This document shows positions 58,407 to 64,000 of a stretch of DNA of 64,000 nucleotides, in pieces; within the stretch, counting starts at the first letter, position 1, and every line of letters begins with the position of its first letter. Below the pieces are notes generated by a model. That model did not search any database. It had not been told where the DNA came from and saw nothing but the letters and a program-made list of their open reading frames with translations. Both the position numbers and the translations under genes were made by a program. The DNA comes from Candidatus Iainarchaeum sp. (GTDB lineage Archaea; Iainarchaeota; Iainarchaeia; Iainarchaeales; UBA10191): the NCBI GenBank assembly GCA_030649735.1, contig JAUSFL010000035.1, positions 1 to 64,000 on the forward strand. The letters run 5' to 3'.

Positions 58407-59372
58407 ATGCTTTGGCGTTTATTATTCCTTTCGCCAGATTTTCAAGCCAGAATTCCGGAAAAGTTAATAAACCAGTTTAAACTTTCAGGTTTGCAGAGAG
58501 TTGCATTAGTGCCGGAAAAAAGCCTTTTGTCAGACAATAATGGGAATTTATTCGCCGAATATTTTGATGAGTCTTCACCCTGCAGGATTTTGGAAGACAA
58601 GTCCGGAATGAATTTCAAGATTTCATTCAACAAGCGCAGGGTTTCAAGGCCTGTTTTTTCAGGCAATAATTCCGCTTGCCCTTTTGACAATCGCGAAAGC
58701 AGGGCGCATCTTGACCTTGAAAGGCATTATCTAACGCCAAACTGGTATCCTTTCTCAAAAAACCATTCAATGCTCATTCCATTCAGGCATTACTCTCTCC
58801 CAACCCTTGAAGACTTGAGGCTTGCGTTAAGCCTTTCAGCAAAACTTAATCAGACAGTCACTTTAAACATTGCCGGCTCTGGCGCAAGCGTAAAGCAGCA
58901 TTTGCACTTCCATTGCTTTGATGAACGACTGCCAATTGTTTCCTGCCTTGGAAAAGAAGTGCTTTCAAATTATCCTAAAAGCCTAAAGATTGAAAGCCTT
59001 TATTACCCGGCATATTGCCTGAAAATTTCAGGCAGTCAAACCGCGGAATTTGTTCACGGGCTTTTGGAAAAATTCAGCCAGCCGTACAACCTGGTTTTCT
59101 TCAACGGATTTGCAATCTTCATTCCAAGAAAAATTGAAGCCCCCCTTGAGGGAGTTGCATGGAATTTTGGCGCTGCTGAAATTGGCGGGTTTTTGGTTGC
59201 TGGAAGCAAGGAATTCTTTGATTCTGCAGATAATAAGCTAGTCTGCGGATTGATTGCCAAAGCAGGCTTTTCTGAAAAGAAAGAAATCGAAATTTTGGAG
59301 AGCGGGTTATTGAAAGCATTGAACTGTGAGGAATTGGTTTTAAGCAAAAAGCCAAAGAATTTAAACCAGTAA
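58407..59372 (+). CDS. HIT/GalT-superfamily nucleotidyltransferase/phosphorylase-like protein
   Basis: CPF, PN.YP...H, GAS..HLHFH, PR, G..E.GG. Confidence 0.7.
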   Translation: MLWRLLFLSPDFQARIPEKLINQFKLSGLQRVALVPEKSLLSDNNGNLFAEYFDESSPCRILEDKSGMNFKISFNKRRVSRPVFSGNNSACPFDNRESRAHLDLERHYLTPNWYPFSKNHSMLIPFRHYSLPTLEDLRLALSLSAKLNQTVTLNIAGSGASVKQHLHFHCFDERLPIVSCLGKEVLSNYPKSLKIESLYYPAYCLKISGSQTAEFVHGLLEKFSQPYNLVFFNGFAIFIPRKIEAPLEGVAWNFGAAEIGGFLVAGSKEFFDSADNKLVCGLIAKAGFSEKKEIEILESGLLKALNCEELVLSKKPKNLNQ

Positions 59373-59402
59373 AACTCTTGTAATATCAAAAGTTGTTGAA
59401 AC

Positions 59403-60377
59403 ATGCCTGCTAGAATGCCATTCTTTAAAAAAAAGCCAAAAACTCCGGCTGCCTTGAGAAATCAAGAAATCAAGGCATTAAAAGGAAAGCTCGCGTCCGA
59501 AAGCTCCAGGCTGGCGAAAGAAACCGCTGGAAAAAAAAATGGATTGGCCCAAAGGCTTGCTGAACTCGAAGCCAAAAAAGCAAGCGCGAAATCCAAAATG
59601 TCACAAGTAAGAATGAACAAGTCTGGCTATAAGATTGGGCGTTATTTTCAATTCTTAAAGATGAAATCATTAAGGAATTCTTTCCGTTTTGCAAGAAGAC
59701 AGCAGGCAATTTCAGGGCTTGCCGGAAAAAACATTGAAAGCGAACGCAATGCGCGCGAAGCATTGCTGAAAGCAAAGTACGGCAAAAGGCTTGCAGGGCT
59801 TGAAGCGCAAAAAAAGCCGAGAACTGCAATGCCTTCATTTTTTGGAACTCCTTGGGGAAAAGCAGTGAATGGAAAAAAGCCTTCAAGGAAAGCGCCAAGC
59901 GCGGGAATTACTGGAAGAAGCAATCAAAGAAATAATGGAAGATTGCCCTCGGTTTTGAATTCAGCGCGCGCAGGAATTGACGGAAATGGGCGAGTTTCAG
60001 TGAAAAAAGCCGCTGCAAAAGCCGGCAAGAATGTCAGAAGAATTTTCAATGCAGACCTTCTAGGGCCTTTGAAACGGCGTGAAGATTTCATTATTGCAAA
60101 GGATGTTCTTTTGGACAGGATTGCCAACATGAAAAAGCAATATGCAGGATATGCTTTCAGGAATAATGGCGCTTCAATGGAAATCAGCGAGGAAAACTTC
60201 AATATTTTAAGAGAGCATTTGCAGGGGATAAAAGACCCGGTTGAATTGGCGGAATTTAATTCCGCAATGCAGGAAATTTACATCGACTTGTCAAGAATTG
60301 GCGTTGAAGAAGCAAGAGGCAAGCAAGTTTACCCATTGCTTTTGACTTTTGTCGAGCAATTAAGGCAAATGAAATAA
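59403..60377 (+). CDS. Hypothetical protein, very basic N-terminal two-thirds
   Basis: 324-aa ORF, K/R-rich then acidic helical C-terminus. Confidence 0.6.
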   Translation: MPARMPFFKKKPKTPAALRNQEIKALKGKLASESSRLAKETAGKKNGLAQRLAELEAKKASAKSKMSQVRMNKSGYKIGRYFQFLKMKSLRNSFRFARRQQAISGLAGKNIESERNAREALLKAKYGKRLAGLEAQKKPRTAMPSFFGTPWGKAVNGKKPSRKAPSAGITGRSNQRNNGRLPSVLNSARAGIDGNGRVSVKKAAAKAGKNVRRIFNADLLGPLKRREDFIIAKDVLLDRIANMKKQYAGYAFRNNGASMEISEENFNILREHLQGIKDPVELAEFNSAMQEIYIDLSRIGVEEARGKQVYPLLLTFVEQLRQMK

Positions 60378-60381
60378 TCAT

Positions 60382-62655
60382 TCATTGATTTTCTTTCTCT
60401 GTCCACTTTTTTTCCAAGACTTTGCGAATTTCAGCGGCTTTTTTTTCTCCAACGCCTTCAGCGGCTTGCAAGTCTTTCTCTGAAGCTGAAAAAAGCTTTT
60501 CAGGGCTTCCGAAATGCTCCAAAAGCGTTTTTGCAAGCGTTGGCCCGATATTTGGCAGGCCTTCAATCAAGAACTGCTGCTGTTCATGAAATTCCAATCC
60601 TTTAGACGCGCCAGGCCTTAGCCTGATGTCTTTTTCCTTTCCCAACTGCTCGCGCTTTGCAATAACATGCAAAAACTCCGCGGTTTCCTGAAAATTCCTT
60701 GAAAACAATACTGGAATTTTATAATCCAACGCAATTTTTGTCAAGGCCCCAATGATTGCGTTCTTGTGAATGTTCCGCAAAGAGTACAATTCTTCCAAGT
60801 TTCCTTCAACCAAAAGCAATGGCTTTTCGTAATTCACGCTCAGCCTGCTTAATTGCTCGAAAAGCCTTCCGTCAGTCATGCTTTGCAAAAAATCTTCAAC
60901 GCTTTTCCTTTCAACCGCAATTTCATCAGTCAAAATGAAATCCCCGACTTCCAATTGCTTTAATTTCACAAGCGCCTGCATTTCAGAAAGCTTTTCCGGA
61001 ATTCCAGAGTTTTGCTCGCGAAAGTCAGCGTAAATCAAAACCTTGTCTTTAACGTCTTCCATGTACTTTACAAGCGTGCTTTGCTTTGGAAGAACCGGGC
61101 TTTCATTTCCTGCATCGCGCATTTTCTTTAATGTGGAGTGCATTTTCTTTTCCTTGGAGTTCGCCGCCCAATAGAATGCCTCATCACGCGTTCCGCGCGC
61201 CATTAAAATAATGCATTTTCCCTCAGTCAATCTTCCGGTCCTGCCGCGCCTTTGAATCAGGCGGATTTCTGAAGGCACTGGCTCGTAAAAAATCACGAGG
61301 TCAACTTGCGGAATGTCAATCCCTTCCTCAGCCACTGAAGTGCAAACCAAGACATTATGCTCTCCTGCCTTGAATTCCTTGATTAATTGGGCCTGCTCTT
61401 TTTGAGTCAATCCCTTGTCTTTTCCTTTGGTTGCCTGGCCAATGAATTTTTTTGCCCTAATTTCCGGGAATTTTTCAAACTCTTGCAAAAGGCTTTTCAC
61501 TGAATCGCGGTAGTGGTTGAAGACCAAAACCTTGCTTTCTGGAACTGTTGAAAACTGGTTCTGCAAAATTTCAATAAGTTTTGTGATTTTTGGGTGATTG
61601 ATTCCTTTCTCCTTCAACTCGCCGGTTAAAGCAATTGCCTTTTGAATGCCTGGAGTCTTCATAATCATTGCAAGGCTTTTTGCAGCGTCTGCCTTGGAGT
61701 TTTTTTCCCTCATTTTTTCAAAATAATCGCTTAATGCTGTAATTCCTTGGGTTTCCAAAAGAGTTATTGCGTGAACGACTTTCAAAAGCGCAGCGGCCTT
61801 GATTGCCGCCTGGTAAATCAAAGGGTTTTTGCGCGCTGAACTCATGTCCCGCCTTATTCTGTACTGCAATTCAATGAGGTCTTTTTGCCTTTGGAAGTGA
61901 GGCAGAATTCCCTGCCCATAGCCAGTCCTTTTCAAGGCAAGCACTTGGTCGCGGTTGAATTCAAAAAGCAGTTTTTTTATTTCCAAAAACTCTGCTGGAA
62001 GCTCAACGCTTTCCCACTCAACATTGATCAAGTTCACGAAAGACTTTACATCATCATCCTGCAAGGTCTTGATTTCAATGTTTTTAATGAACAGGTTCTT
62101 GCAAACATCTTGGATGCGCTCTTCTTCCCCGCCAGGCGAAGCGGTCAATCCCAAAATCAATGGTTTGGGATTTTGCTTGATGTACTGCTGCGCAATGAAC
62201 ACGTAACTGTAGTCTTTCACTGCCTTGTGGGCTTCGTCAAAGACCAAAAGATCCACTTCGCCCAAGTAAATGTTTCCATTCATTAAATCATTTTCAATTG
62301 TCTGCGGAGTTGCAGTAATTATTGTCGCTTCCTCGAATTCTTTTTTTCTCTCTTCGGGTTTTATTGTTCCAGTCAGGCACTTTATTTTCTCTTCCGCAAT
62401 TTTCAATACTTTCTTGAAAGAATTCGCGTGCTGTTCTGCAAGCGGCTTTGTAGGCGCCAAAAGCAGGATTTTTCCTTCAGGGTTTTTCCGCAGTATTTCA
62501 GCGGCAACTCTTGCCGCAATTATTGTCTTTCCTAACGCTGTCGGGGCCACAATCAATGAATTTCCCTTGTCCAAAACCCTTGCGGTCAAAAATTCCTGGT
62601 ACTCGCGGTTTTCAACCAAGTCTTTCTTGATTAACGGATGCTCTACAAAACTCAT
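60382..62655 (-). CDS. hef: Hef (FANCM-like helicase-ERCC4 nuclease)
   Basis: PTALGKT, DEAH, TASPG, QRRGRTGR, ERKS..D ERCC4 motif, HhH. Confidence 0.95.
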   Translation of the reverse strand: MSFVEHPLIKKDLVENREYQEFLTARVLDKGNSLIVAPTALGKTIIAARVAAEILRKNPEGKILLLAPTKPLAEQHANSFKKVLKIAEEKIKCLTGTIKPEERKKEFEEATIITATPQTIENDLMNGNIYLGEVDLLVFDEAHKAVKDYSYVFIAQQYIKQNPKPLILGLTASPGGEEERIQDVCKNLFIKNIEIKTLQDDDVKSFVNLINVEWESVELPAEFLEIKKLLFEFNRDQVLALKRTGYGQGILPHFQRQKDLIELQYRIRRDMSSARKNPLIYQAAIKAAALLKVVHAITLLETQGITALSDYFEKMREKNSKADAAKSLAMIMKTPGIQKAIALTGELKEKGINHPKITKLIEILQNQFSTVPESKVLVFNHYRDSVKSLLQEFEKFPEIRAKKFIGQATKGKDKGLTQKEQAQLIKEFKAGEHNVLVCTSVAEEGIDIPQVDLVIFYEPVPSEIRLIQRRGRTGRLTEGKCIILMARGTRDEAFYWAANSKEKKMHSTLKKMRDAGNESPVLPKQSTLVKYMEDVKDKVLIYADFREQNSGIPEKLSEMQALVKLKQLEVGDFILTDEIAVERKSVEDFLQSMTDGRLFEQLSRLSVNYEKPLLLVEGNLEELYSLRNIHKNAIIGALTKIALDYKIPVLFSRNFQETAEFLHVIAKREQLGKEKDIRLRPGASKGLEFHEQQQFLIEGLPNIGPTLAKTLLEHFGSPEKLFSASEKDLQAAEGVGEKKAAEIRKVLEKKWTEKENQ

Positions 62656-62860
62656 TTCAAATTCCTTCAGTTTCTTTCAGAAGTAATCAGCGCAAGTGCT
62701 TTTTAAACGCTTTTTAGGCCAGTATTCCGCTCGAAAAAAACTGCAGAATCAGCAGAAAACAGCTTTTTTCCCAATGTTAATCGCTTTCAAACCAGTAATT
62801 GCGGTAAAAAGCACGTTTTTTATTCTTTTGCTTCAAAAAAGTCTTTAGGAGCGTTTTTTT

Positions 62861-63070
62861 ATGAGTGAATTGCCAATTGCGGCTGTTGACCGCTTAATCA
62901 GGAAGGCTGACTCTTCAATGCGAGTGAGCGATGACGCAAGCATTGCATTGATTGAAATCTTGGAAGAGCACGGCTTGAAAATCGCAAAGCAGGCTTCAGA
63001 ATTCGCCAAGCACGCCAACAGGAAAACAATAACAGACTCAGACATCAAGCTTGCTGCAAAGAACGTTTAA
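62861..63070 (+). CDS. Archaeal histone (HMf-like)
   Basis: [13 protein letters not shown]...RVS.DA...[15 protein letters not shown]. Confidence 0.95.
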   Translation: MSELPIAAVDRLIRKADSSMRVSDDASIALIEILEEHGLKIAKQASEFAKHANRKTITDSDIKLAAKNV

Positions 63071-63096
63071 GTCTAAACTTGTCATAGAGTGGAATC

Positions 63097-63678
63097 ATGG
63101 CCGTAAGAAAAACAAATAAGTCCAGAGTTAATTATTATTCTCGCAGCAATGCTTTTTTCATTTATTTGTTTATTGTGTTTGCGGTTGCAATTTTAGCCCT
63201 GATTCTGAAATCCGCATTAGATGGAAAATATTCTTATGTTATTTCTTTTGCATTTTTATTTGGTTTTTTGATGGTGATTTTTGCAATTGTGATTCTGCTA
63301 AATAGATACTCGGCAGCAGTATCTATTGACAATGGCGTAATTAATATTCCGGCAACCACCAATTATAGAGATGAAATACCGCCAGGATACTGGTCTTTGC
63401 TTGGCAATTCAGATGGCAGTACAATGGTTTATAGTTTTAGGAAAGAACAAATTAGAAAAGCAGAGATTTCATTTAGCAAATTTTTAAGAATAAAGATGGT
63501 CAAAATTGAGTTCAAGAAACCTTTGGAATATTGGGTTGGTCAAACAGATCTTCTTAGGCCATCAATTTTTAAGCCATTCAAACCAGCGTCTGAGAAGAAT
63601 CCTTTTGAAGTGGCAATTGCCCTTAAAGAACCGGATAAATTCATCAATGATTTAGGGCTTTCGGCAAAGAATGTTTAA
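63097..63678 (+). CDS. Membrane hypothetical protein (2 TM helices plus soluble domain)
   Basis: AT-rich ORF with two N-terminal TM helices. Confidence 0.6.
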   Translation: MAVRKTNKSRVNYYSRSNAFFIYLFIVFAVAILALILKSALDGKYSYVISFAFLFGFLMVIFAIVILLNRYSAAVSIDNGVINIPATTNYRDEIPPGYWSLLGNSDGSTMVYSFRKEQIRKAEISFSKFLRIKMVKIEFKKPLEYWVGQTDLLRPSIFKPFKPASEKNPFEVAIALKEPDKFINDLGLSAKNV

Positions 63679-63703
63679 ATTTGTGTTTGCATAAATTGCT
63701 TTT

Positions 63704-64000
63704 ATGCCTAAAACTTTGAGAGAGTACCAGGATTTCTGCAAGCTGACCGCCAAAAAGTTTGATGACCGCCAGACTGAAATTTTGACTTGGGGCCTCGGAA
63801 TCACTGGAGAGGCCGGTGATGTCGCTTCCTGCATCAAGAAAACCTTCATTCACGAGAATGACCAGACTCAAGGAATCAAGGAAAACTTGGGCGACACTTT
63901 ATGGTATGCCGCAATGATTTGCAATTATTTTGGCTGGAGCCTGCAAGAAATTTTGGAAAGCAATGCCAAAAAGCTTGAAGACCGCTATCCTTCAGGATTT
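63704..64000 (+). CDS. MazG-like NTP pyrophosphohydrolase, 3'-truncated (not in ORF track)
   Basis: MPKTLREYQ...LGITGEAGDV...KENLGDTLWY...N.KKL..RYP.GF. Confidence 0.85.
   Translation, partial: MPKTLREYQDFCKLTAKKFDDRQTEILTWGLGITGEAGDVASCIKKTFIHENDQTQGIKENLGDTLWYAAMICNYFGWSLQEILESNAKKLEDRYPSGF

Overview
Archaeal chromosomal window, most consistent with a DPANN lineage such as Ca. Iainarchaeota/Diapherotrites. This assignment is inferred from the archaeal histone, FtsZ, Hef, NucS and Lhr genes, TATA/BRE promoters, GGTG-type Shine-Dalgarno motifs and many basic ORFans. It is densely coding (about 70 genes) and mostly housekeeping: POR subunits, enolase, pyrBI, Sua5, DNA repair, transporters, an iron/oxygen-stress cluster and tRNA-Pro(UGG). 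I found no CRISPR array, transposase or rRNA. The most notable items are: (1) a uridine kinase fused to a MoaA-like radical SAM enzyme with altered substrate residues, preceded by an unannotated 26-aa ORF, divergent from an HTH regulator with a candidate operator, and next to a tRNA flanked by three palindromic repeats; (2) a split class III ribonucleotide reductase whose glycyl-radical domain and one Zn ligand lie on a separate 48-aa gene missed by the ORF track, clustered with two activases and two tandem double-MazG/Zn-finger paralogs; (3) several non-coding structures, including a self-contained ~150-nt hairpin RNA candidate, a structured leader before a diadenylate cyclase, phased repeats before ftsZ and a perfect 18-bp ArsR operator. 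All calls come from motif recognition by eye; no database searches were run.
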